Positions 40,858-51,549 of a DNA stretch of 64,000 nucleotides are shown here, in pieces (within the stretch, counting starts at the first letter, position 1; the number at the start of each line of letters is the position of its first letter). This DNA is from an uncultured Chthonomonadaceae bacterium (lineage in GTDB: Bacteria > Armatimonadota > Chthonomonadetes > Chthonomonadales > Chthonomonadaceae), in assembly GCA_963817895.1 (NCBI GenBank), contig CAWFQB010000014.1, forward strand, positions 608,001 through 672,000, read 5' to 3'. A program made the position numbers and the translations under genes. Under the pieces are notes generated by a model. It did not search any database. It saw only the letters and a list, made by a program, of their open reading frames with translations, and had not been told where the DNA came from.

Positions 40858-42189
40858 CTAGTTCGTCAGGTACTCGGCGGCGGCTTCGCGCAGGAGGGTG
40901 CGGCGGTAGCGGGCGAGGCGGAGAGTTTCCTGAGGGTCGGGGGGCGAGGACAGGGTCGTCAGGTCGGCGGTGACGGTGGCGTTGGCGCGATTGTAGCCGC
41001 GTGGCAGGGACAGAAACCCGGCAGCCGCCAGCAGTTCTTGATACTCGGCAAGCGCGAATTGCAGGCGTCTGAGGTTGACGGGAAACGTCAGGGGCAGATA
41101 GGCGCGAGTCCACGTTTCCACTTCGGCCAGCCACCAGCGATCTTCCACGCGCCGATGAATAAAGCGGTAGTAGATGGCCGCCTGCCATGCCCGGTCTTCG
41201 CAGGCGAACACGCCCTCGTGTTTGATTGGCAGCCCGAAAAACCCGTCGAGCGTGAGCGGCGTCACCCGATGCCGCTGCGCCAGCCATTCCCATAGTTGGT
41301 GGTTGGTGGCTGGGGGTTGGTGGCTGGTTTTTCCTGTTCCCTGTCCCCTGTCCCCTGTTCCCTGTATCGGACTGTTCGGCTGTAGATTGTGGGGCCAGTC
41401 GAGGAGGGCGAAGGGGAAGGGGAGTTCGAGGAGGGGGCGGGTGACCAGACGACCGGCGGGGCGCATGGCCTGCGCGTCCGGGTTGGGGCGGAAGCGGGCG
41501 AGCGTACTCGCGGGAAGCTGTTCGCCGATGGCGTCCAGAAACAGCAGGGGCGCGCCATCCCACAGCAGGCCGCGTTCCAGTTCATGAGTGCGGAGAATGG
41601 CAACGGCAGGCCGCCCGGCGGGAACCGGAGAAGGGGACGCGATTGTGTTGTAATTGTGTGGCTTGCCGGTGGCGTTGCTGTTGGGAATTGGGGCGGTTTC
41701 GCGCAACAGGCGGGAACCGCCGAGCAGCCACAGGTCTTGAATGTCCACGCTGCGATACAGTTCATGCCGTCGCCGCCATTCCCGCGCAGTCATGTTGGCG
41801 CACTGATATTCGATGGCGATGCGCTGTTGCGGCGAAACAATCACAAGCACATCGGCGCGCTGGTTGGTTTCGGGAATATGCGCTTCCACGATAATGTCGG
41901 CATCGGGCAGGCAGGTTCGCAACCATTGCGTGATCAACAGTTTGCCGGCGCGGTGTTCTTCGGTTTCAGGTTCTGTTTGCGGGGCGGTACATACTGCCCC
42001 CGGAAGATGCGCGAAGTGGTGGGCGCGAACAGTTCCCGCATGAAGAATTACGGACGCGCGGCAGCCGGGGCAGGTCAGCAGGCGCGCGTTGGACAGGCGG
42101 CGCAGTTCGTCCGGCGGCGTCAGTCCGATGGTAACGCGAACCTTGCCCCATTGCGCCGCCAGAAACGTTTGCCCGCTCTGCTCTTTCAT
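40858..42189 (-). CDS. CoiA-like protein (Zn finger + PD-(D/E)xK nuclease-like)
   Basis: CPGC, HFAH, ETEEH..GK, RADV, AIEYQC. Confidence 0.82.
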   Translation of the reverse strand: MKEQSGQTFLAAQWGKVRVTIGLTPPDELRRLSNARLLTCPGCRASVILHAGTVRAHHFAHLPGAVCTAPQTEPETEEHRAGKLLITQWLRTCLPDADIIVEAHIPETNQRADVLVIVSPQQRIAIEYQCANMTAREWRRRHELYRSVDIQDLWLLGGSRLLRETAPIPNSNATGKPHNYNTIASPSPVPAGRPAVAILRTHELERGLLWDGAPLLFLDAIGEQLPASTLARFRPNPDAQAMRPAGRLVTRPLLELPFPFALLDWPHNLQPNSPIQGTGDRGQGTGKTSHQPPATNHQLWEWLAQRHRVTPLTLDGFFGLPIKHEGVFACEDRAWQAAIYYRFIHRRVEDRWWLAEVETWTRAYLPLTFPVNLRRLQFALAEYQELLAAAGFLSLPRGYNRANATVTADLTTLSSPPDPQETLRLARYRRTLLREAAAEYLTN

Positions 42190-42338
42190 CGGGTTCCTCA
42201 CAGGTCACAGGATAACTTCCTGCTTTGTTGGGCGCAGCAAGCAACGCCCCTACCAATACGGCTTCTCAGGGATATAATCAGCAGGAATTATTCTACCATT
42301 TTGGCGCGCGTTTGACAATCACGCGGCAGGCGAAAATT

Positions 42339-43445
42339 TCAAGGAGATGGGGAGGAGGAGGGATGTTGCAACACATTTTCGACTGCCTGCGCTACTTCCG
42401 CCGCCTGAATCTGGCGCAGACATTCGCTGTTTTTGCGGCATAGGTAGAAGGTACATTCCGGGCAGGCAGCAACTTTGCGCAGTATGGTGTTGCCGGGAAC
42501 GTGTCCCGGCCCCGTTTGCGCGGGATTTGTCGGGCCGAACAGGGCAACTACGGGCGTACCAACAGCGCAGGCAAGGTGCATCGGGCCGGTATCTCCCGTG
42601 ACAAGAACGCGGCAGGATTTCAGCAGGGCTGCCAGTTGCAGAATACTCAGTTTTCCGGTCAGCGTGATGGGTTGGGTGTTCATGCCCGCGCGGATTTCGT
42701 TCGCCAGAGTTTCGTCGCCCGGTCCGCCGAGCAGAATCAGGCGCGTGTTGGGCAGGGGCGACAGCAGGTTGCCCAATTCCGTAAAGCGTTCGGCAGGCCA
42801 GAATTTCCCGGCCATAGACGCGCTGGGATTCAGGGCAATCAGGGTCGCGCCAGACGCAACGCCTTCCGCTTGCAGCAGTCGCGCCACGAATTCAGTGTCT
42901 GCCTGAGAAGGAAACACTTCGGTACGCGCGTCCGAAACATCGCCGCCCAATCGCGCGATCACGTTGCGGTAGTTGTCAAGGGTTTCGTGACCGTTCGGGT
43001 CCCACGCGACCAGAACGGTCAGGCAATCGGCAAACCTCGCCTTGCGCACAATCCCGATGCGTCGGGGGGTTCCGCTCAGGCGCAGAAACAGGCGCAGGTC
43101 GGGGCTGTCGTACAGCACAATCCCCATATCAAAGCGATGTTTGCGCAGCCAGAACACGTATTTCGCTTTGCCGCCAATCCCCTGATGCGCGGGCCGCTTC
43201 ACAACTTTATCTACATACGGGCAATTTTCAAGGACGCAGGCGGCGCGTTCGCCCACGTCAACGGTGATATGGGCGCGCGGATACAGGCGGCGCAGACTGC
43301 GCAGGGCGGGAATAGTGTTGACCAGATCGCCGATATGCTCTTTGGCGATTACGACAATGGAACGGGGCGCGTCTTCATCCTTTCGTTCCGAAACGTCGTT
43401 GCTGTTGGTGTTAGGATTAGAGGATTTGGAAGGCGTGTTCATCAC
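42339..43445 (-). CDS. Glycosyltransferase family 9 (heptosyltransferase-like)
   Basis: IGDLV, K.WP.ERF, DTGPMHLA.A, LFGPT. Confidence 0.92.
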   Translation of the reverse strand: MMNTPSKSSNPNTNSNDVSERKDEDAPRSIVVIAKEHIGDLVNTIPALRSLRRLYPRAHITVDVGERAACVLENCPYVDKVVKRPAHQGIGGKAKYVFWLRKHRFDMGIVLYDSPDLRLFLRLSGTPRRIGIVRKARFADCLTVLVAWDPNGHETLDNYRNVIARLGGDVSDARTEVFPSQADTEFVARLLQAEGVASGATLIALNPSASMAGKFWPAERFTELGNLLSPLPNTRLILLGGPGDETLANEIRAGMNTQPITLTGKLSILQLAALLKSCRVLVTGDTGPMHLACAVGTPVVALFGPTNPAQTGPGHVPGNTILRKVAACPECTFYLCRKNSECLRQIQAAEVAQAVENVLQHPSSSPSP

Positions 43446-44539
43446 GAGACACTTACCTCGGTAACAGAGGTTTCAATAGCCGGTTTGCGCGTCACGTTGG
43501 AGGTGGAAGCCAATAAGTCCAGCGCGGCGGCAACAACCTGCGCGACCGTGATACTCTCCACGCAGGCATTTGCTGTTTTCGTACATTTGCGCTCACATCC
43601 GGCACAGCGAAAGGACGGGCCGAGCAATCGCTGCTGCGCTTCGGGCTGCCAGGGACGCCAGCGAACGCGCTGATCCCAATGCTTGCTATAGGGAAACAGA
43701 GTGACGTTGGGCGTGTCCATCGCGGCGGCGAGATGGGATGTGCCGGTATCTATGCTGATGTGCAGACGACAGCGCTGCAAAATGGCGGCAAGGCGGGGAA
43801 CCGATGTTTTCCCGGTCAAATCTACGCAGGCCGACCCGATGATGGCGCGAAAGTCGTTTTTCATTTCGGTATCGCCGGTTCGCCCGATAATCAGGATACG
43901 CGCATGGGTTTCGGCAGCAAGGCGCTTTCCCACTTCGGCAAACCGTTCGGCGGGCCAGGGCCGGGAACTGCCCGCGTAGCCCGGATTGATGGCAATCAGG
44001 GTTTCGCCCTTGCCGATGCCGTGTTCGCGCAACAGGGCGTCTGCCTGCGCCTGATCCTGCGGGGAAATGGGAAAGCATATCCGCGTATCGGTCGCGTTGA
44101 TTTCCAACGGACGCAGTTGTTCCAGATTGTACTCGATCTCGTGACGGTCGGGAACTTCGCGATTGTCGCCCGTATTGTGAGTAATCAGGAATTTCACGTA
44201 GCGTTTGGAACCGGCGATCCGCATGGGAATGCCCGCCAGCCAGAACATCCAGACGAAATTAGCGCGGCGACCGCGATAAATCGCCACATCGAAACGGCGT
44301 TTGCGCAACTCGCGAACCACGCCCTCCATTCCCCGCCGCCCGGGTTGATCGTCGGGATTGCACCAGATAATTTCATCCACGAGCGGATGCCCGGTGAGCC
44401 ATTCGCCGGGATCGGGGCGGCGCAGCAGCAGCGCGATATGGCAGCCGGGAAAATGGGCGCGCAAGGCGGCGAGCGTGGGAACGCTCATCAGGAAATCACC
44501 CACTTTGGAGTCGGGAATACACACAAGAAAACGTTTCAT
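43442..44539 (-). CDS. Glycosyltransferase family 9
   Basis: VGDFL, WPAERF, DTGTSHLAAA. Confidence 0.9.
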   Translation of the reverse strand: MKRFLVCIPDSKVGDFLMSVPTLAALRAHFPGCHIALLLRRPDPGEWLTGHPLVDEIIWCNPDDQPGRRGMEGVVRELRKRRFDVAIYRGRRANFVWMFWLAGIPMRIAGSKRYVKFLITHNTGDNREVPDRHEIEYNLEQLRPLEINATDTRICFPISPQDQAQADALLREHGIGKGETLIAINPGYAGSSRPWPAERFAEVGKRLAAETHARILIIGRTGDTEMKNDFRAIIGSACVDLTGKTSVPRLAAILQRCRLHISIDTGTSHLAAAMDTPNVTLFPYSKHWDQRVRWRPWQPEAQQRLLGPSFRCAGCERKCTKTANACVESITVAQVVAAALDLLASTSNVTRKPAIETSVTEVSVS

Positions 44540-44660
44540 GGGCAATTAGGAAGCAGGCGTTGAAATCATCGGCGGTATTGGTATTGTTGGTATAGTTTAC
44601 CACGCAGCCGCCCGTTCCCGTTCAGAGGCACACAACACAGCAACGATTTCAAGGAATTGG

Positions 44661-44690
44661 TTGACGGAAAGGAGTGGAGAGGGTTATAAT
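44661..44690 (+). promoter_or_regulatory. tRNA promoter
   Basis: TTGACG-18-TATAAT. Confidence 0.7.
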
Positions 44691-44701
44691 AAGGAGTGCG
44701 C

Positions 44702-45020
44702 GCGGGGGTGGCGTAATGGCAGCCGCACAGGTCTTATAGAAATTGAGTGCTTGAACTGAAAAGTTCAATGTAGAAGTTTCCAAATTCGGTGAACCCTTCG
44801 TTATTCTGTAACATGGCAATACCGAGCCAAGCCTGACAGAAAGGTAAATATCTGTCAGGAAGGTGTAGAGGCCAGATGGAAACCTCCTAAAATCTTGCTA
44901 ATTTTTGCAGGACATGGAGAAGATATGGTCCAGACCACAAACCATAGTGGGCAGTGAAAACTGTAGTGGTAAGAAAAACCTGAGTCGAAAGACGTACGGG
45001 TTCGAGTCCCGTTCCCCGCA
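44702..45020 (+). tRNA. tRNA-Leu(UAA), exons 44702-44735 and 44974-45020
   Basis: Acceptor GCGGGGG/TCCCCGC, anticodon stem CAGGT/ACCTG with spliced loop CTTAAAA, long variable arm, TTCGAGT. Confidence 0.93.
44736..44973 (+). ncRNA. Group I intron, 238 nt, no ORF
   Basis: Follows U, ends in G; P AAATTCGGTGAA, Q AATACCGAGCC, R GTAGAGGCCAGA, S AAGATATGGTCC. Confidence 0.92.
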
Positions 45021-45023
45021 TCC

Positions 45024-45058
45024 GAGGCCGTCCCACAAGGAACGGCCTCTTTTTATTT
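45024..45058 (+). terminator. Intrinsic terminator after tRNA
   Basis: GAGGCCGT..ACGGCCTC plus T-run. Confidence 0.8.
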
Positions 45059-45157
45059 TGTTACGACTCGGTTCTAACTCCGGTTCTTGCCTGTAAAATG
45101 CGATGTTGCCAAGATACTACATGAAGGGCTAATGCGATAGCGTTGCGCATCGCCAAA

Positions 45158-45355
45158 GGCTTGTACCCTCACCCCCGGCCCTTCTCCCTGATTCCCTCTC
45201 TGCGTTCGGAGGGAGAAGGGAGCGAGTGTGGAAGCCTTGCTTGTTGACTGTACAACGTTACTGTTACGAGATAAAGTGAGCAGTTTCGCTCCCTTCTCCC
45301 TGATCGTCCGCTGCGGACGAATCAGGGAGAAGGGCCGGGGTTGAGGGTACAAGCC
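45158..45355. repeat. REPIN-like doublet (CCCTCACCCC family)
   Basis: GGCTTGTACCCTCA..CCCTTCTCCCTGAT / ATCAGGGAGAAGGG..TGAGGGTACAAGCC. Confidence 0.85.
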
Positions 45356-45395
45356 CCCGCTTCGCAGAGATGTGTAGATTTAGGTCTTTTCGTCG

Positions 45396-46572
45396 CTATT
45401 TTGCCGGGGCAGTCCAACTGAACACGCGCTTAGAGTCGTCGGCGTAGGGCAGTTCGTTGAATTTGCGTGTGGTGTGCTTGTGGAAGAATTGGAGGTCGGC
45501 GAAACCCAGCAGGGTTTGCCAGTCCCAGAGCGTCTGCGCGTGTTCGCCGGGACGGTAGGCGATGCCGATTTTATCGCCCGCGCCCAGATAGTCAAACACC
45601 ACTTTCGCCGCCTGATACGTCGCCTGCGCCCCCTGCGGATTGGCCCACATATCGCCCAATGCCTGCGTTTCCAGCAGGGCGCGGGGCGCGATTAGCGCTT
45701 TCATGCTGTGCTGATCGAACGGCAGTTGCTCCTCATGTCCGATGAATTCCGTCAAGCGGGGCGAAAACCAGTAGGGGAAAGTTCTTCGTGATGATGGGGC
45801 ACGGTTTCCCCGGAATAGATCAGGCGCGTACAGCCGGTTCCCATGCAGCCCGCGTCGTTGGGCGCGGTCAGGGCAATGCGCTCATCCAATGCGCCCGCCA
45901 GAAGTACCGCTTTGCCGCCCCGCGAATGTCCCGTCGCCGCAATGTGTTTTGTGTCCACATTGGACAGCGTGTGCAGGTAATCCACCACGCGCTCGAAAGC
46001 CCCACGCCCACCCCGCCACCGCGCCGAACTCGCCATTGGGATACGCATCGTACAACCCGCCCGTATGAACGTTCTTATCCGCTACAATTTCAGTACGGTC
46101 AAATTCCGCCAGAATGTAGCCGTGTTTTACCACATCCGCCACAATCTCCGGCGACACCTTGCCCCAACATAAATCGCCCACAATAATCGCGGGAAACCGC
46201 CTGTCGCCATCGGGAACAGTCAGCATCAGATGCGTCTGAACTTTCCCTTCCGGCCCCATGCGCAGCAGCAATTTCTTTTCGGTCGCGCCAAGCGCAGGGT
46301 TATGGCTTGATTCCAGTTCCTCGGCATGAACCGTTCCCCCACCCGGCGGCATCACGCCATACCATAATGCTGCGCCAGCGTTTTTAGTTCGTTCCGTCGC
46401 CGCGCCCAATCCTTTTTGCTTGACAACCCGCGTTCCATCCATAAACAGAAACGGGTCGGGCAATTCCTTCACAACCGGCAATTGCTCCACAGAAGGAAGT
46501 TCCGGCTGTTGCCGCCGGAATCGCCATGCCCATTGTCAACAAAGCCCCAAGCAGAAGCGTCAAAGTTATCAT
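45396..46572 (-). CDS. CE15-like (glucuronoyl/acetylxylan) esterase, several frameshifts
   Basis: ELPDPF, WAWG, GHSRGGK, LPFDQH..ALIAPR spread over successive frames. Confidence 0.75.
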
Positions 46573-46592
46573 CAGCGTATTTCCTTCTAAAG

Positions 46593-46762
46593 CACCTCAC
46601 CCCAACCCCTCTCCTTGCCGCGCAACGCGCTAGGAGAGGGGCTTTTCATGCTCTAAGCCACACTGAAACTCAAGGATTTAAATTGAAAGCGCGGCCAGGA
46701 GAGAACAAAATAGCCCCTCTCCTAGCGCGTTGCGCGGCAAGGAGAGGGGTTGGGGTGAGGTG
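46593..46762. repeat. REPIN-like doublet, 51-bp perfect arms
   Basis: 46593-46643 is the reverse complement of 46712-46762. Confidence 0.9.
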
Positions 46763-46773
46763 AGGTAGAAAAC

Positions 46774-47522
46774 CTACGGCAGTTCGCTCGGCGCGTTGGG
46801 GTTGATGACCGGGAACTCGCCCTGCGCGCCTGCCGCCGCGGGGCAGCGGATTTTGGCGAGCGGAATGTACTTGGCATGACCGTCCGCGTATACAAACTGC
46901 GACCCGTTATGACGCGGCTTGGGATTGCCATTGGTTTTGTTCGCCAGGGCCACACGAGCCAGATAGTTGGTGTCAAAGCCAGTCGTGCCGCCTGTACCGC
47001 CATTATCCCAATCGTTGTAGATGCCTGCGAAGTTGCTTTCGCCAATGATGGCGATTTTGGCTACGCCATAAGTGCTGCCTGCCAATGCCGCTAATTTGGA
47101 ATTGCCACGCCCATTGTCCATGACGTACTCGCTGTAACCATAGCTCATGTTAAACTGCGGATACGTCGCGTTGTTGGCGGCTCCGGCAAAGTTGTCGTTT
47201 GCGCTGGGACATTATAAATCTGGACGTTCTTCAGGTACGGCTGCCAGAAGAAGAAAGCATAGGACCAGCCGTAATTGTTCCATTCAGGCGTTCCCCACAG
47301 GCCAAGCGGGGAATTGTTGAATGTCCATGCGGCCATGCGCTCATCGTAGTCCTGCGCGTACATCTGCGTGGCAGTGCCGATCTGCTTGAGGTTACTCAAA
47401 CAGGAGGCTTGACGGGCTTTTTCGCGGGCTTGCGCGAAGACGGGGAACAGGATGGCGGCCAGAATCGCGATGATGGCGATGACGACGAGCAACTCAATCA
47501 GGGTAAAACCTTTTCGCTTCAT
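46774..47522 (-). CDS. Prepilin-type / H-X9-DG (DUF1559-like) protein, frameshift near 47200
   Basis: [14 protein letters not shown] in one frame, RHNG...YADGHAK in the next. Confidence 0.85.
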
Positions 47523-47882
47523 TACGGGGCTTCTCCTCTGCTATTGCAGAACTATGAAAATGATAAGAAGGGCATACTTCACCTACAATCCTAACACAAT
47601 TAAAAGCGCCTGTCAACATTCATTTCCGAATCATTGGCAAATTAATCTACTTTTGGCAGCAATAGTCGCTTTTCTGGCACATAACGCCGGATCGGGCGTC
47701 AAACACAGGCAGGCAGGATTGTGTTCCGAACCAACCTGTTGTGCCTTTACGCGCAGGAAATCCCCACATTCACATCGAATGATACGGGTGTCACACCGCA
47801 ATGCCTTCTCTGCAAAGGATATTCGCCTTGCAAGCGACAACATCCTGCTTAATTCAACAACTCGAAAGGAAATTTTTTTAAC

Positions 47883-48655
47883 ATGAACGAAACGATAAGC
47901 CGCCGCGCTCTGATTGGCGGAGGATTGGCGCTGGCCGGAGGATTGCTGGCCGGGGAGAGCGCGAACGCCGCGCCCAAAAGCAAGGGCAAAGTGGTCGTCT
48001 GGTCGGAGGGAACCGCGCCGAAAAACGTGTACCCCGACGATGTCAACACAGCCATTGCCGAAGGCTTGAAGCCGCTCAAAGGGCTGGGACGTCGCGACCG
48101 CTAACCTGAAAGACCCGGATCAGGGCCTGCCCGACGATCGTGCTGAACAGCGCGAGTGTCCTGATCTGGTGGGGCCATCAGAAGCACGGCGACGTGAAGG
48201 ATGAACTGGTGCAGCAGATCGTCAAGCGCGTCAAAGAGGACGGCATGGGCTTCATCGCCACCCACTCCGCGCACTATTCCAAGCCGCTCAAAGCCATTTT
48301 AGGCACGAACTGCGGCTGGAAATACTACATTGACGACGGCGCGCCCGTGGAACTGATTGTGAAAGCGCCCAAGCATCCGATTGCCAAAGGCGTCAAGAAC
48401 TTCACGGTTCCCAAAACCGAGCGCTACGGCGATCCGTTCGAGGTTCCCACGCCCGATACGCTGATTTTTGACGGCGTGTACACCCTCAAAGACGGCAAAA
48501 TGGAGAACGCGCAGCAGGGCATGGTCTGGAAGGTCGGCAAGGGCCGCGTCTTCTACTTCCAGCCCGGCCACGAAGCCTACCCCATCTACTTCATGGACGA
48601 GATACGCCAGATTTTCCGCAACGGCGTCCAGTGGTGCGGAGGGAAAGGGAAGTAG
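47883..48655 (+). CDS. Tat-exported ThuA-like protein, frameshifted near 48090-48140
   Basis: SRRALI Tat motif, VVVWSE, IWWGH, HSAHYSK, YFQPGHE. Confidence 0.82.
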
Positions 48656-48658
48656 GGC

Positions 48659-48756
48659 GTTAGGTTGTCAGGGTTTTATGTGATTGGTTGCCCTGTCACC
48701 ATAAAAACATAAAACCTTGAAACCTAACAACTAACAACCTAACAACCTAACAACTA
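48659..48756. repeat. Paired inverted 7-8-mer arrays (TAGGTTGT)
   Basis: Right arm supplies the kinase C-terminus and stop. Confidence 0.7.
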
Positions 48757-50421
48757 CTGTCGTTCCCACTCCCAACTCACTTTCAAACGCGATCGTGCCG
48801 CCGTGCGCTTCCACAATGCTGCGGCAGATGGACAATCCCAATCCCGTGCCGCCGGTGGGTCGGGTGCGGGACTCGTCCACGCGGTAAAAGCGCTTGCCGA
48901 GATGCGGCAGATGCTCCGGGGCGATGCCGCTGCCAGTATCGCGGACAGTGACAACAACATGCCCTGTCTATGCTGCGGGCGGTCACGCGGATTTGGCCGT
49001 CCGGGGGCGTGTAGCGGATGGCGTTGTCCAGCAGGTTGCGGAACAGGCGGGCCAGTTCCGCCTGATTGCCCGCAACCGTCAGCGTTTCCGGCTCCACATT
49101 CATGTCAATGGGCGCGCGGTTGTCTTGTAACGCCTGCTCCCGCGCGGTTTCCAGAATTTCCGCCTACCAACAGTTCTCGCCGATCCTGCCCCATTTGTCC
49201 CTCGTCTGAACGGGCCAGCAGCAGCAAATCCTGCACCAGATTCGACATGGAATCCGCCGCCTCATCAATTTCGTGGAACGCGCGGCGCGAGCGCTCATCT
49301 GTCGTGTCGCGTCCCAACGCCAGTCCGGCGCGGCCTTTGATAATCGTAAGCGGCGTTTTCAGTTCGTGGGAAGCGTCGGCAGTGAATCGCTGCTGCAATT
49401 CCAGCAATTGCTGCTGCTCTTGAAACGCGCTATCCAGCCGTCCCAACATGCCGTTAAACGTGTCGGCAAGTTCGGCAAATTCGTCGCTGCCGACAACGGG
49501 CAAACGTCGCGAAAAGCCACCCGAACCGGGTTCCGTTCCGATGCGCCCCGCCGCCTGCGTCATCCACTGAACGCGGCTGCAAAACGCGATTGGTCAGCGC
49601 CGACCCCATCCACCCCGCCCCAAGCAGGCCGACGGGGATAAGCAGCAGCAGCACGGTATCAATGCCGGACAAAGCCCAGTACACTTCCCGCAGCGGATAC
49701 GCGCTTTGTACGGCTCCCTTTTCGCCGCGAATATTGAACGCGGGCGCGGAAATCACCCGAACCGGCTCCTCATCAACCATGACGGTATTCCAAACAGTTT
49801 TATTTTGCAGGGCGGCGACCAATCCCGCTTTATCCCAGACCGGGCGCGTTTCCGCGTCCCTGTCGGATTCCGATAGCCCTTTACTATTGAACTGGTGTGG
49901 ACGAAATTCGCTGTTCTCTATGGGCGGTCCGGGACCATGTTTCCCGCCATGAAAACCTCCGGGCGGCGGCCCGAAGTGATGATCTCCAGGGCCGTGTTCT
50001 TTCGGAGGCAGTTTTCCCGGCGAATGTTCTTCCCGGTCATGGAAATCGGGGCCATGTTCGTGTCCCTCTCCGTTCCTTCGCTCGGGTCCTAAGGTTCCGG
50101 CCTGTCGCCCGATTTCCCATCCGGCGGTCCGGGCGGGCGCCCATGCTTGCGCGGCGGGTGTATGTACATGCCGATACTGTTTTCCAGATCATGGTCTATG
50201 GACTGCATCAGAAACTTCTCAATGGCGTAGCGGCACACCACGCCCAGTCCGCCGACCAGCAGCGACAGCGCGACAATATTCCAGACAATCAGATGCGTTC
50301 GCAGCGAACCAAGCGAACGTTTCCAGCGGAGTGGCAATTTTGCCGTCCACCGCCCCACGTTCCGCTCTTCCTCCTCATGCTCCATAACCGTTTTTTCAGC
50401 GTTATCCACAGTTTTCACCAT
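48731..50421 (-). CDS. Sensor histidine kinase, multiple frameshifts
   Basis: [28 protein letters not shown] and G-box across frames. Confidence 0.82.
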
Positions 50422-50423
50422 GC

Positions 50424-50528
50424 TCAGGTGTCAGGTGTCAGGTGTCAGGGAATTGTACTGTTACTTCTCTGCTACGCCGAAAAAGCACAAGCAGCAGAGC
50501 ATTTCCTGACACCTGACACCTGACACCT
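50424..50528. repeat. Paired inverted heptamer arrays (TCAGGTG)
   Basis: Direct read of both arms. Confidence 0.85.
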
Positions 50529-50529
50529 T

Positions 50530-51204
50530 TCATCCTTCCGGCATCCGCAGCATATACCCCACTCCATGCACTGTTTGTATCAGCTTGACGGGATGGTTCG
50601 CGTCCAGTTTCTTGCGCAGGGTTCCGATGTACACATTGACCGTATTTTCTACCGCGTCCTCATTCATCCAGATGCGCTCCTGAATGGCTTCCCGCGTCAG
50701 CACCTTGCCCTCGTTGGCGGCAAGCGCTTCCAGCAGGTCGTACTCGCGGTTGCTCAGTCCGATTTCCACGCCTGCGCGCGTGACCCGGCGTTGCGCCGTA
50801 TCAATCGTCAGGTCGGCGACGCGAATCACGCGGGTACGGTTTACCTTATCGCGGCGAATCAGGGCGCGGACGCGGGCCATCAGTTCCTGAAAATCAAACG
50901 GTTTGGGCAAATAGTCGTCGGCTCCCGTATCCAGTCCGCGCACTTTATCTTTGACGGTATCGCGGGCGGTCAGCATCAGAATGGGAACCCGGTTGCGCCG
51001 CATCCGCAGCTCCTCGCACACGCTGTACCCGTCCCGGCGCGGCAGCATCACATCCAGCACGATGAGATGATAGGTCTGCTCCTGCGCCATCTCCAGCCCG
51101 GTCTGTCCATCCCGCGCCACATCCACGCTGTAGTTCGCATCCTCCAGCCCCTCGCGAATCATGGCGGCAATGCCGGCCTCATCTTCAATTAAGAGAATCC
51201 GCAT
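50530..51204 (-). CDS. OmpR-family response regulator
   Basis: LDVMLP, GADDYLPKPF, IQTVHGVGY. Confidence 0.95.
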   Translation of the reverse strand: MRILLIEDEAGIAAMIREGLEDANYSVDVARDGQTGLEMAQEQTYHLIVLDVMLPRRDGYSVCEELRMRRNRVPILMLTARDTVKDKVRGLDTGADDYLPKPFDFQELMARVRALIRRDKVNRTRVIRVADLTIDTAQRRVTRAGVEIGLSNREYDLLEALAANEGKVLTREAIQERIWMNEDAVENTVNVYIGTLRKKLDANHPVKLIQTVHGVGYMLRMPEG

Positions 51205-51549
51205 TTTTGTTACTCCTCTGTCTTTCGCTTACGAAGGCAACCCCGATATGGTTAAGATACGGCTTAAATATAAAATCCAGATAAAGGCAGGAACAGGAGT
51301 GAGTTTCCAACAGCTTAGAAGGCCACGCAACAAAGTTATCACAATTTCCTAAAAAATTCATAAAAATCGGGCAAAATTTTAATTGGTTTTCATGTTCCCT
51401 GTGTATACTCTCCCCGTTCGGAACCCTTCCCTGCGTCGCTTTTCGGAGGACGCCACAACAGGCGTGAATTGCTCGTTCGTATATGAACTTCTACATTGTG
51501 GAAGTTGCTTGCGCGACAAGCGTATTCGCCGCCTTTCAGGAGACTGTTC

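Noticed and set aside
45020..45400. Integrative element at tRNA-Leu or ssrA
   Set aside because: No integrase and no duplicated 3' end (att site) seen in the window.
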